Shown piece by piece: positions 51,229 to 64,000 of a stretch of 64,000 nt of DNA. Where the stretch lies: assembly GCA_965645245.1 (NCBI GenBank), contig OZ287083.1, forward strand, positions 496,001-560,000, given 5' to 3'. This DNA comes from Massalongia carnosa. Its lineage: Eukaryota. A program made the position numbers and the translations under genes. How positions within the stretch are numbered: the first letter of the stretch is position 1; the number at the start of each line of letters is the position of its first letter. The notes under the pieces were generated by a model that was not told the origin of the DNA, searched no databases, and saw only the letters and a list, made by a program, of their open reading frames with translations.

Positions 51229-53002
51229 ATGGCGACAAACCGCATGGATTTGCTTGAGGAAGCGTTCGATGACCATCCGTCGCTATCAGCGTCTTTGGAG
51301 GATTTCGAACACAACGAAAACCGCTCTCCAATATTCGCCCTCCCTTCGCAACACTCGGGATTCAAGTCAGATGAGTCGGAAGCAGGCGCAGAGACAAACT
51401 CGGAAGAGCCATGGTCTCCACCTGCATGGAGGACGCAATGCACCGGGGGCGGTTGGTATCGACATCAGCCGTATCCATTCAACAACCCCAGCCTTAAGCC
51501 ATCGGTAAGCGCATCGCGTTCGAGGGACACAAGTCCGCATTATGAAAGCGCCAAAGAGGAGGATGGGGACCTGACAGTGCCGGCGAATATCCCTTTACCA
51601 AGAGGGTCTTTGTCACCGGTCAAGGAACGTTCTCTAAGCCCTTCACCAGTTCGTGAAGCAAGGCAAGAGTTTGAGACAACCTTTGAGCAGCCAAATGATT
51701 CTGTACCTATACCTGAGCCGTCAAACAATTGTGCGCAACCATGTCATGTACCTATGCTTAGATATCACTAACGATTATGAAGATATTCGTTTTGCCGTCC
51801 GTGCAGAGGTCCAACATCGCACCGAGCCAATTGAGGCCGCGCTTTCATGGATTCGCACATATTTCAATCACATTTCCAAGTCTTGGAGCTCTTTTTCGTC
51901 CTCTCTCTTTATGATGATAATTGCTTATGCGGTTCTTCGATTCCTCATCCATACCCCGGCGTCACCACCTGTGCCAGATCTGGTCAAAGTCGCTGGTCTT
52001 GCCCGCTCATTTGAACCCCTGATTTTCTATTCTGAACACGGCGTGCAGCAAATCGGCGACCTGCAAGAGACTGGCGTTGCCGTCTGGGATCTGGGCGAAA
52101 GCGTAAGGTTCGCAAACATGACGTCGGCCCCAATCATCGTGCAAGAACTCGACGGCCTGAGTGAAAGCCTCAAAACGTTGGCCGTCGAGCTCACGCGCTT
52201 TTTCGCGAACGTGGACGGCGACATTGACGGCATTTTGATCGTCATGGAATGGGCCAAGCGGGAGCTCTCGGCCCTCTCCACCCTTCCCCTTTCCTCCCTT
52301 TCATCCGCCTTCACCAACATCCACACCCTTCTCTCGCGCCTTGGCGTGTTCGAGAATCGTTCCACTGGCCTCCCCACCCCGCTTGGAGCTCTCTTCACCG
52401 ACCTTTTCGGCGCCACCTTGTCTCAACGCACGCATCAAACCCTGCACCGTACCTTCAACGAGTTCCTCGGCGTGCTGGAAGAAAGCATCAATTCGGAGCT
52501 CACCTACAGCTCCTCGCTCTTCGCTCTCTTTGAGTCCATCGACCGCCAGTTCCTCAACCTGCAGCGCACCGTCATCCGTGAAACCGACACGCAGGAGCGT
52601 CTCGAGGGCGAGTTCCTCTCGTCGATGTGGGTGCGCATCGTGGGCGCCAACGCGTCGCGCCTGCGCAAGTACGAGAAGAACAAGGACCTGCTGTCGAGCG
52701 TGCGGGCCAAGACGACGTCCAACAAGAGCATGCTGGTCGAGCACAACGGGAAGCTGGTGGCGCTCAAGGGAAACCTGGAGAACCTGCGCCGGAAGCTGGT
52801 GAGCCCGCTGGTCCGACGGGAGGACGGCAGCACGGTGGGGGTGGAGGAGCAAATCCGCGGGTTGGAGGGCACGTACGAGCACTTACGACGGGTGCGTGAG
52901 AGGCAGAAGGGCCGGGTGCTAGAGGTGCTCTATGGGGTTGGCGCCGGGGCGCGCAGGAGCGTTTTGGGCCGGGAGGAGAACGTAGCTATTGAGGGAAGAT
53001 GA
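51229..53002 (+). CDS. Conserved fungal hypothetical protein with one TM segment and coiled coils
   Basis: Intron 51731-51782 joins the two ORFs in frame (NNYIRFAVRAEVQHRTEP). Motifs PWSPPAWR and PVPDLVKVAGLARSFEPLIFYSE. Confidence 0.85.
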
Positions 53003-53199
53003 TGATGGGAGTGGGCGTAAGGAAATGGTCGAGAGCGGGATAACTAGGCGTATGCAAAAGGATCTGGGTTGACGTTTTGGGTGGGTTAGGAGCGGGGCCT
53101 TGACCCAAGGCAAATCGTTGGAAAAGAGGGGGGGAAGCGAGACCCGGGTCTCTTTTTTGGGATATCAACTAGGTAGGTAAGTAGGTAGTTATGTAACGC

Positions 53200-53234
<35 letters not shown>

Positions 53235-53265
53235 CTTCCAGAACCGTCAAAGATTCAGCACGGTT

Positions 53266-54810
53266 TTATCGTCCCCATGAAGAGCCCATAGCTGAGCGAA
53301 AAACATCTTTAAAGGGCGGTTTCAAGATGTGATAAATCGGAGCCAGGACGCAATCACGAAGATTACGCGGTCCGGGGATGCCTACGGGATTGATGAATGG
53401 GGGGGCGGCGTACGGGAGGCAGGACTCGCATTCTTGGTGCGTGCAGCCGCATTCGTAAATTTGTGAGAGGTTCGCAAGGGCGCACATGCAGCATTTCCAG
53501 GAGTACATGGTTTTTCTAAAGCGGATCTTGAGGTTTGTTTCAGTTGATGGGGATGTTTGGATGATGGGAGGAAGGTTGCTTTTGGGGAGCCTTGATGAAG
53601 GGGTTGGAATCTGCAGTGAATGCGCGTGTTGCGTGCGGTTTTCGCACTCTTCGTGGGTGCAATACTAGCAGTAAAGTTTTATTTCCTATTTTGCTGAGCC
53701 ATAGACGTAGCAGTGCTAGAGGTTTATTGGTAGGTTCTATATCTGAGGAAGAGTCCCTTTTCTTCAAACAAAGGGTTCCGAACAAGGGGTTTCTGAGCAA
53801 GATACTCCAAAGAAAGGAGTACGAACAAGACCTTCTGAATAAGGGGTTTGTCACAAATTTCCTAGAATGGCTGATATGTAAACGTGCGTACAAAGGACAA
53901 TGCTTGCACGACTGTTTCAAGTTACTTCTCAGTTGTCAGTCACGAATGTGCAACAAATAATCCATGTACTCATCAGTAGGATGGATGATAGAAAGCTTTT
54001 GTTCTTATCTTCGAGATAGCGGTTGAGGCCGTCAGAACTATACTATCATGTGATCGATGTTTTCCAATGGATGTGTTAAACTAAAATTGGAAAACATATG
54101 AAGCCACTCGTGGCTCAACCGAAACAACCCCTAGTAAGCAATATAACACTTATAGCACAACTAGCTATGCGTTTATTTTGATAGTGATAAGCAGTATTGG
54201 CGTTACTTTATAGTGCTTATGAGAATCTGAGGAAAAGCAGTGTGATAGAAAGAGCCAAGTGATCTATTACTCCCGTTGGGGAGTACAGAATTCACATTCA
54301 GTATGATGGCAGCGATGACACCAGCTGTACTGGCCTGAGTTGATAGTTAAACACGGTGACACTGCCAAAGATACATTCAGAAACTGATAGCCGGGTGTAT
54401 CTGTTATATGGGTTGGCAAGGTTGAAAGGTTTCTCAAACACTGCTTAGAGAAAGATGAGCTTGTTATTTACTGATAAGGCTGTTGACCGCAGGTATCGCA
54501 TTTGGTGCGTTCACTGTGATGGCAAAGCTGGTACTGTACTGAAGTTATGTTGAAACACATGCAGTACTGCCAGATTCTCATTAAGGGTTTGACGATGAAC
54601 AGGATTGATGATATCTTTATATTCTTGGTCCTAGATATGGTTACCTAAAAAAGCGCCCTCCAGAAAGTAATTTGAACGATTGAACGGGGACGTAAAAATG
54701 TATAGTATGTGGGCTATACAACTCGTAGTCCTTATGATGGCAACAGGGACACTAAAGACCCTTCCGAACTTCTACTCGTCGTAGGTGCAGCACTTCTACC
54801 AGTAACTTAT
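53266..54810 (-). pseudogene. Eroded tandem array of Cys/His-rich zinc-ribbon-like repeats; last unit open (53266-53508)
   Basis: Units starting at 54810, 54581, 54376, ~54210, 53973, 53727 and 53508 fit M-x2-W-x-C-[CH]-x-C...C-x1-2-C-x-H-x2-C-x2-C after allowing for substitutions and frameshifts. Confidence 0.7.
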
Positions 54811-55222
54811 TTAGCGCAAGGCTAGTAGATTAGCTTATGGATTGGTAGAAAATAGGCTGCTGAAGAATATGGGGACTAGGCTGGAGACTTGATGATGTCT
54901 TGCTGGAGGCGTAAACTCTGAAGATAGAACAGACCCCACATTACTCGCAACTGCACTTGACATGGCCAGTGAATCAACATACGATAACCAAATCTAAGAG
55001 AAATAGTAAATCAACATACTAGGGTTGGAAGAACGGAGGTTGAGGAACGAAGTTTGGGGTGATCAAAATCGGTAGAGCTTGAACGCCGAAAGTTTAAGGA
55101 AAGATGTGGATGGATGATGGAGAAATTTGATGGGGATTGCTGCTTAAATAGATGCAAAGGAAGACGAAAATTTTCATAATCATCTTTATAATTCATGCTT
55201 TTCTGAGTCGCTTTTATGACCC

Positions 55223-56366
55223 CTAGGTTAGAATCACCGGTTTGAGTGATGCAGCAACAGACTCATTGCTCTTCAGTGCATTCATAATTTCCTGCCAGAC
55301 TTGTTTCTGTAGTTCTTTGCCTTCTGGGCTAGTCACCAGATCTCCTTGCCTGTTGGCGTACTTGGTTGTCAGTATATCTTATTCATAACAAAGCATCGAC
55401 GACATACGGCTGAAGCTAACGAGAGATCTTTATAAAAGCTATAGAAGAATCCAGCGAAGACAATGAAAATCGAACAAACCTCTTTAATATATCGTTCTTC
55501 CAATAAGCTCCATGACTTTGCGCTCCCAAAGTTGCTGCGCTGACCAACGTACGACTACCTTCTTCCCTGCTTCTTGCTAAAAGCGAATAAATAGCCCATT
55601 CTACTATTCGCTCGTACCACCTATTAAACTCCCTCCCCAGGTCGGAGAAGCAGAAACCAGGGCAACAGGCGGTTACTAACACCTGCGGTTCGCCGTCTGG
55701 AGACGTTGCTAGCTCCGTCAAAGCTTTTAAGCCGTACATGAGAAATAGCTTAGAGATCCCATATTGGGTTCTACCATGAAATGTACTGGCGCTGAAGCTG
55801 GAAGCCTCAAATATTTATAGCGTTTTAAAAAAGCGATGAGCGCTGCACCCACTCATGAGCCTCCGAGGACACGAGTACAAGGTGAGGAAGCGCGAGCGCG
55901 GATTTTTTGGAAGCTTGCAGTTTGGGGAGAAGAAGCAACGATAATAGTATCGTAGAAAGAGTGTTGACTTGCAACGTTTCCTCCCATCCTTCAGGACTTC
56001 GGCGATACTTTCGGTTGATGATGCCAGCATTCAAAACCACCACTCAATGTTTTCATATTCTACCGTAACGCGCTCAGCAAACTCGAGAACGCTAGCATAT
56101 CTATTCATGTCTAGAGGCATGACAGTAACTTTGGTATGACTTCCAGAGGCCTCCATGTCCAGTTTCTGTTTGGCGACAGCTCCTTTGGCTGGGTCACGAA
56201 CAGCAAGAATGACATTAGAGGCCGACAGAGCGATGAAATGCTGAGCAGCGTAAAAACCAAGCCCAGTGTTTGAACCAGTTATAATTATTGTTTTGGTCGC
56301 AAATGAGGTGGTTGGAATGCGCGGCGGATACCATTTCGCCCGGAGTGCGTTAAGCATCACTGACAT
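55223..56366 (-). pseudogene. Retinol-dehydrogenase-like SDR, frameshifted
   Basis: IIITGSNTGLG, VVLNAGI, LQVNTLST, YGISK, CCPGFCFSDLGR. One base is missing at ~56044 (expected IDVVVLNAG) and a second frame break occurs at ~55815-55827, neither with splice signals. Confidence 0.75.
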
Positions 56367-56980
56367 TATGGATGATAGAAAGATAGGAACGTTAGTATCC
56401 CAAGGTGGTCGTTAAGACGTTGAGTAGCGGAACCGTTACGACAGGATAGAAAGTCAAGGTTCTTTTACAGTTCCGTCACGTGATCTGGCTCTACTCTGAA
56501 GGCAATACGAAGTATCCATTTGTGAGCGCCAACGACAATCATCCATCATTCGATAATACAATTTAAAACAGGCAGCCTAGCTTACAAAAAAGGCCAGCCA
56601 TTTGCGACTAACATAACATCCTGGCATAGGACCTGCATTCCTCCCTTTTGCTGGAAGCAAAGCCAGGGAGAAGTGAAAATAGAAAGGAAACCTAGCTACC
56701 CAGCTAGCTTGTCAACGTAACTGCAATAGCGGCAAATCTTGAAGAGAATGAGCGCGCCATCCGGTCCATACCCCTATTTTCTGTCCGTTCATGAAATGAA
56801 CCTTTTATGTAAAGAGGGATGGGCCTTGCGAAGCACTCCCTCCAACCTTCATCGGCCCTCTTCCGCGTGCCTTTCACCAAGTATCACCTCCCGAATGAAT
56901 CGCACCAACAAACCTCCAACCCTTTTGCTTTTAGAATAGTGAAGTAGAAAACACACAACGATCGTAGAGGTTTCATAGCA

Positions 56981-59900
56981 CTACCCGCTCGCCATAAGAG
57001 CCTCGTAGTATCCCAGTCCCAGCTCCAGCGTGTGCGTTAGGTAGCCCTCCTCGGGGAGCGGCAAGTGGAGGATGCGCCATGGTTCAATGCCCTATTCCAA
57101 AGCAACTTCGCGTCAGCAAAAAGAATAAATAGGTAGATAAGGAAGAGACGCAAATAACGACAAAACTCACCTTCGCCGTCGTTCCCGCCAAGTCGGCAAC
57201 TGCTCTTGCGACTACCGCGCTCATCTCCCTCACCGCCACCGTTTCCTCCAAGGCTAAGCACCCCGTCCGCTCTTGCACCATACCTGGAAGCCCATCCAGC
57301 AAGCGGTTCAGCACAGCCAACTTGCCCGCTTCAGGCTTCTTCCTCTCCGCGTCATTTAGCACCAACGTTATAAAATCTTCGTAAACCCCACCGCCGAGGC
57401 CCCAGTCCCCGACGTGCTCTCTACCTTCGCCAAATAGATTTAACAAGTCATTCAGCCCGGCGTACTGGCGTTCGATGACGGCGCGGGGAGCAACTTCTCG
57501 ACAGAGAGTTTTGTGCGCTTCGTCCCAGTTGCGAGCCTGCAGGAGAAATCGTACTTCGCGGTCATGGTCCTGCGTGACGGAGCGCTCATACAGGGCTTTG
57601 GCTTCCCAGATCCAGGCTGCAGGGATTAGGAACTCATGGATGAGGGTTTTGAAAGTGGGATGATCGTCGTCGTTAAAATCCACGGCGTGAAGGGCGAGTA
57701 GAGACTGGACAGAGTTTTGGCGTTGTAGGTGATCGGAGAGATGAAGCAGAATGAAGACGGCCCAAAGCCATTCTCCTGCAGAATCGAGATGTATGGAGAA
57801 GTCCAGGGCAAGTTGGTCACCTTTAGAAGTATCCGAAGCAGTGGGAAAGAGCAGTGAGAGGGTGTGGTAGAGCTGAAAGCTCAGACGAGAGTCAAGTGGG
57901 TTGCCTGTTGAATTGTGAGGGGCGACAATTGAGGAGATGGATTGATGTGGGAAGGAATTTTGAGAAGCGGCATAAAGCTTGAGAAAACCCCAGAAAATAT
58001 CTTCGCGGAGGTCAGCATGAGGATCTGTCCACTGCCCTCTGGTTCTTTCTTCAAGGAACCATGGTAGAGGTTTTATTCGCTCGTCTTTTTCTAGATCGTC
58101 TGTATATTTTTTCACTGCAGCTTCAATGGGTTCTTCTGCCTGGATTCCATACCATAGCCGTAGTCCAAATGCTCGCTTCCAGTCCATGCCAAAATGCTCG
58201 CTAATGACAAAGGTTATTGCCCTATCTTCCAAGGGCCCTTTCGTCCCTTCGCAAACACATGTGTTGCCGGCCAGGAGCTCGTACAGCGCGCGAATAGGCT
58301 CGGTCATTTCTGAAAGCACTTTCAAATCTCTCCATTCATTTATTTGAGAAGCTATATCTTCACGCATGATTCGATCGCCCCCGATCTGGGCAGTTAATAT
58401 AGCTAACCGATAATCTTTCCCCTGAAGCAGTTCATCACAGGCTTCGACCACATTGTTGGCGGATAGTTGAGCGATGGCTCGTTCTTCGGCATTTGGGGCA
58501 TTTGCGACAGCTTTTAGGGCTGTCGACAAACATAAATTTTGCCACATTGACGTCAGTTCGTCCTTACGAACACGATGGCTGAACGCAACGGTGTCGATTG
58601 AAGAATCCAATTTGGTGAAATCTGGTCTATTTTCATCAAAAAGTATCGTAGCCAACTCCCAAACAGCATACTCTCGATCGGCTTTGCTGACAGTTTCGGC
58701 AAGTTCTCGGAAAGGAATGCGATGTACTTCTGCAAAAGGAACTCCTTTTTTAACAGCAATTCTGGTATAAGTCCGTTGTTTAACGAGTGTCTCAGGGATA
58801 AGCTGAGGTTAAGTTCAGTACCCATACAAAGAACACATGGGCAAGCCGACTCACAGGGGAATTAATAGCGAACTTCGCAAAGCGTATATCCTTACCTTCG
58901 GATACAAAGGTTCCCTTTTGATCGTTCAGGAGAGAGTTTTTAGGGTTATGGTTACTCTGGGAAAAGTTGAGCTTGCTTGACATTGCATAAAGCAACGTAC
59001 TCTGTGGCCCCCAACGAGGTTTGTAAGATTCGTGGAAGGTTCGCTCTGTCTCGCTCATGTTGTCTTCTTCGCCCCCAGAGGTCTTCGACTTTCTTGAATA
59101 AGGCCACTAGAAGAAATGCATTCTCAGCTCAATGTTCTATCAATTCGAGTTTACGTACATGATTAGACAAGAAAACAGCCCGCTTTGAGAAGCTTAATCT
59201 CATTCCAACGAATAAAAGCAACGCTGGGTAGATAGGGAACATTATCAAACCTTGAGTCCTTTTTCCTTGGCAGCCTGGTCGACAGTTCGTCCGCTCGTCC
59301 GCGCTTTTTCTTGCCCAAATAGAGAGTTCATCAAGTCAATGCTTGTAGAAAGCGAATTAGCAGCTCCATTCAATTGCGATGTTATCTTTGGCGTAGGTTC
59401 ATGATGAACCTCCTGATCCTCAAGCACATGTGCCTGATTGTCGCGAAGCGCCTGCCGATCCTGCTTTCTGGGACTAATGGTACGCTGTAGCTCCTCAGGC
59501 CAGTCGCCGCTTGGATTGAACCTTAGCTTGAGCGGCGTACCATATCCACCTTGCCCTTGATAAGTGACCTTGAGGATGGACTTTGGTCCAGGCAGCCCTC
59601 CATTTGGGGTTAGGGTCGCGTCCTCCAAGTCACCTTGTGGAAATGCCCCGGCCATATCCATATCATCGTCCTGCACAATCGACGACCGATCTTCAGCATT
59701 TTCATCGATATCCTGCAGCTCACTTGGCTCGTCACTACCACTTTCAGATGGCGATGCACCCAGCTGTTCATTTGAAAAAGACTCGTTGTCATGTGAGGTA
59801 TCTTCCATTTCAAATTCAGTCTCAAACGGGAATGTATCATTGAAGGTACCTGGTAAAACCTTCTTTCTCCGGAATTCAAAAGTATCATCGGGGCTTGAGC

Positions 59901-62900
59901 TGCTCAAGTACTGTTCATCAGACAAAAATGAGGGCTGCTGTGTAGAGTCAATCGGTTGAGATGTATATTCCTCCCTTGTGGCCCGAGATTTCGGAGTCGG
60001 CGTATCAGGAGCAACGCTCATTGTGCTCGTGAGCAGACTATCACCCTCGCTGCCCGTCTCATCAAAGTCCAATGCATAAGTCGTGAAGTGCGGTACTTTA
60101 AACACCCAAGTCCCGGTATCTTTCTCATATCTTACAAACTCGGTGTCTCCAACCTTTCGTAGACGGTCAACATGCCTGTTGAATCTTGGACCACTCTTCT
60201 CGTGGGACGGCGTTTTTCGATCTTTTTGGCGAGGCCAAGAATTTTCCAGGTAGATGGTGGATGGCACATTAAGGCCTTGCCCAACAGGTGGTTTTTTGTG
60301 TGAGTCCGGATACACAGTAATAGAGCGCAGTTCGATCAGAACAATTTTGCCATAAAGATCATCCAAAGGTGTAAGGGTAAGGTCCACAGGCTCGTCAAAG
60401 GTAACATGACCGCACGCCTCACGTCCAACGCTGAAGCCTGAAAGATGTTTAAGTTCTTCTGTAGTCAACTTATCAAGCTCTTCTCGTGGAGGGTACATGT
60501 TGTAAGCTTGAGGTTTCGGATCAGTTTGTGGGATTGGAACAAAAGATCGAATGGTCGCGTTAGGCAAAGACTCCGGAGAAGCATCCTCATGAACAATGGC
60601 AAGTTCATTGCCTTTGACTTGTTCCATTTCAGACTCGAGCAATGTTCCGTTGGATTTCGAGGTCATCAATCGAGAGTTGGCACGCGTTGATGATCTTAGG
60701 AAGCCTTGCTCTTGAGCGCTCGGAGTAGCACAATCGTTGATATCTTCGACAAGGAAACCATTGGCTCCATTAAGCTCCACACCGTTCTGGCCGGTACCAT
60801 TGCCTCCCACGGTACTAGCATCAAAGCTGACTTTCTTCTTCAATATACCAGGTTGTCTTGACTGATCGACTTTGTCTGGACTGGTTATCGCAGCTGGACC
60901 TTGTTGACCGAACAAATCCGTACGCAGGTTACGATCAATAGTTAATCTCTTTAGATTGCCCGCTCCAGATAAGCGAGAGCTACCCGCAGAGAAAGCCCCT
61001 GGTGAAAGAATACTGTCTCCATCGCTGTCAAAGGTCCGACGGAGGTTACTTGTCGACAAACTCTTCCCAAGACCTCGCCCAATGCTGCCATATAGCAAAC
61101 TACTACTCAGTCCGCCAGGGGTGCTTTGGTTGCTAGAAACGCTGGACGGACTCCCGTAAGTGGAGTAAGAAAACCCAAAACCATGCTTCTGTGGAGTTAC
61201 AAGTCGAGAAGCTTGATTAGGATTGATCTTGTACTGAGGCAAGACTGCACTCTTCTTCAGCTTTTGGGCTGTGCTGATTGGCGTCGCAATTGGGCCAGTC
61301 TGCTGTACTGGAGGAAGACCCCAGAAAATTGATGAGTTTCCATACGGGTTCTGGCCCAAACTTGCAAATTGAGCTTGGGGAGGCTGCAACGCGTTCTGCT
61401 GTTGCTGTGGGGTATTATACAGGCTCGAAGATCCAGTGTTAGCGGAAGCGCCAAAGAGGCTAGGGGTTTGGGCCTGGTTGTTAGATCCTAGATTTCCGAA
61501 TATGGATCCACCGGATAACTGTTGGTTATTAGTGCTAGGGAACAAACCACCCGTTGTCGCAGTAGAAGTTCCAAATAAACCACCAGGCTTCTGCTGTTGC
61601 TGCTGTTGGTTGCTGACACCAAAGGGTCCGGCCCCTTGGTTCGGCTGATTTTGGTTATTATTGTTAATGGTAAATGCAGAGCCAGGAAAAAGACCGGTTC
61701 CGCCATTGTTGGTAGTATTCGGAGGTTGGCCAAATAGCCCTTGGCCAGTTAAGGTTGTCTTTGGCCCAAAAAGTGAAGTGCCTGGTTGGGTATTGGTATT
61801 GGTACCAAAGATACCACCTGTTGATGGCTGTTGATTATTTTGTTGGGTATTTCCAAACAGTCCGGATCCGCCGTCACTCGAAGCAACGGGCGTGCCAAAA
61901 AGCCCTGGCTTCTGCGTTTGCTGATTAGCTGTCCCAAAGCCCCCAAATGTAGAAGAGACGCCCGTTTGTGCTTGGGGTTGATTGGTTCCAAAGTTGCCAA
62001 AAGGATTCGAGGCTGCTGTTTGTGGCTGTTGTTGACTACTGCCGAACGCAGTTGTGGTTTGGTTGCCACCAAAGATACTATTTCCACTATTCGTAGCACC
62101 AGCTGCACCTGTTCCAAAGGGGCTGCTTGAGTTCTGGGTGCCAAATGAAAAATTGCTCTTCGGCGCCTGCTGTTGGGTGCCTCCCCCGAAAATACCTCCG
62201 CCTCCAGTATTGCCAGTGCCAAAGCCAGTGGTAGATGCGGTACCAAACCCTGTTTGGCCAGCAGCGCCAAATATACCGCCACTTGGTTGAGCGGCAGCGG
62301 TGTTTGTGCCGCCAAAAATGCCCGCTGTAGGCTTTGCTGCTCCAGTGCCAAAAAGACTAGTCCCTGTACCAGCGCCTCCAAAGCTAGCCCCTGCTGTTTG
62401 GGTGCCACCGAAAGGCGAAGCTGTGCTTGTGGATCCGAATACTCCACCTCCAGAGCCAGCACCTGCTGAGCCAAAACCTCCGGTATTATTCTGCTGCCCA
62501 AAACCTCCAAATCCTGTAGTGACTCCAAATGCGCCTGCTTGGCCACCAGAGTTACCATATCTTCGCCCTTGATTATAATCAGCTAATCTCAGTTCCTATT
62601 CATGGGTTAGCGACCTTCAGCAAATAACGCGTCGCGTGTTGTGGCCTACCTCAAAAGAGTAATTCTTATAAGGCTGCATGAAGGGGATACTTTGAAACTG
62701 GTTAGAAACGTTGGTGCCTGACTCTTTTTCTGAATACGCTTGAAAAGGAGTGACAGCAGTGCCTTGGGATTCTGCAACATTCGCGCCCAGAGCGGAGCTC
62801 AAAGGAGCCCCAAAGGCACCAGTTGATTGAGTATTGGACGTTCCAAAGGTGTTTCCGCCAGATCCGGATCCAAACAAGCCTCCACCAGAGGTGGTGCCGG

Positions 62901-63612
62901 TCCCAAAAGCAGGCTTGCTAGCTCCTCCAAACAATCCACCAGAGGTGTTATTGCTTGTACTGCCAAACCCACCAAAGCCAGTAGAGGCACCTGCTGTAGC
63001 TGTAGTGCCACCAAACATGCTACCACTACTAGTCGTATTGGTTCCAAACCCAGGTCTGCTGGTCCCAAATGGGGTGGTCGTCGTGTTTCCGGAGCCAAAT
63101 CCTCCAGCTATAGCAGGTTCAATAGTTAGTGATGAAAGAATAAAGGTCTACTCAACAGTGAGATGCCTTTCTTTGTTTACGAGGCTGTGGGAAATTTCCA
63201 GATAAATCTTAGATGAAGTAATGGATGGAGTCATGGAAGTGTTGAGAGAAAGTGAAGAATAAGGTCTCAGAAATAGAGATGAGTCACGTTAGGCAAAATT
63301 ACGGAGCCCACTCACCTCCAGATCCGAATCCGCTGTTAGCACCGCCGAAGATACTCCCAGAAGTGTTCGCGGCGCCCCCAAAGCCAGTATTCTGCGGTTG
63401 ACCAAAACCTAAAAATCAAGTGTTAGGGCGATTGAGAAAATTGATGAATTGAGCGCTTCAATGAGACAAAATGACGAAGGTTTCTACAATTATCCCGCTT
63501 CCGAGACAGTATGCGACGTACCTGGCGCATTGTTGTTATTATTTGTACCGAATCCCCCAAACCCAGCGCCCTGCTGGGGTTGGTTGTTATTCTGCTGGCC
63601 AAAGAAAGACAT
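56981..63612 (-). CDS. NUP98: Nucleoporin Nup98-Nup96 precursor (Nup189/Nup145/SonB)
   Basis: ATG at 63612 (MSFFGQQN), FG/GLFG repeats, GLEBS-like FQSIPFMQPYKNYSFEELRLADY, autopeptidase domain ending WVFKVPHFTTY, Nup96 domain (MDWKRAFGLRLWY), last exon ending ALMASG* at 56981. Several GT-AG introns. Confidence 0.96.
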
Positions 63613-64000
63613 ATCTCTGTTCCAAGCCTGAAATTGAAGGTCGAAAGGATAAGCCGCCAGCGAGTTTTAACGGCTGTGTTTGTTGGACCAAGAAGAAAAC
63701 GCGGTCTTTCGCGGGTTTGGGACGGGATGGAAGTACAAGATATTTAAAACATTATAAAGGCCCGTGTACGCAAAGAGCAAAGCGGAGCTCCTCGTTCAGA
63801 GGTAAGGAAGTGAGGTCAAAGAACCGTGACTGACGCGCCGTTGCATTTGGATTTACTTCAGAGTGAGGTTGAAAGGGATTTCAAAGTTAAACCCAACTAC
63901 TTAACATGAATTTCGCTTAATAATATGTCTGTAGTTGAGGATGCTCATTGGCTGAGATATAGGCACCCAGGTGATTTAGGCACGCCACTCCTGCCTGGAT

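Noticed and set aside
61545..62585. Apparent gap or frameshift in NUP98 in the ORF track
   Set aside because: The FG-repeat frame reads continuously from the preceding intron. It simply lacks a start codon for the ORF caller.
1..64000. tRNA, rRNA or Starship captain (tyrosine recombinase) genes
   Set aside because: None recognised by eye. tRNAscan-SE, Infernal and HMM searches would be needed to exclude them.

Overview
Eukaryotic DNA from a filamentous ascomycete (Pezizomycotina), judged from short GT-AG introns with CTRAC-type branch points and fungal-type proteins. Core genes: RRP42-like exosome subunit, Ime2/ImeB kinase, Stc1-domain protein, a proline-rich conserved protein, PRM1, a type II membrane protein, a small mitochondrial-type protein, a CsgA-like SDR divergent from cytochrome c, a TM/coiled-coil protein and the Nup98-Nup96 precursor. 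The most striking structure is at 26.6-37.6 kb. Two head-to-tail single-gene cassettes sit in a (TA)n microsatellite. They share a ~225-bp left end and a distinct right end, both built from same-orientation GGGAGCA arrays, but carry unrelated immunity/cell-death cargo: a HeLo-domain gene and a RIP-damaged hydrolase-NACHT-ankyrin NLR. No mobilising enzyme is encoded inside either cassette. A young Mutator-like transposon has inserted into the first left end. Other signals: a cryptic, RIP-eroded tandem array of Cys/His zinc-ribbon repeats (53.3-54.8 kb), several pseudogenes, a degenerate MITE and a potentially structured cytochrome c intron. All alignments and translations were done by eye and family names come from motif recognition, not database searches.
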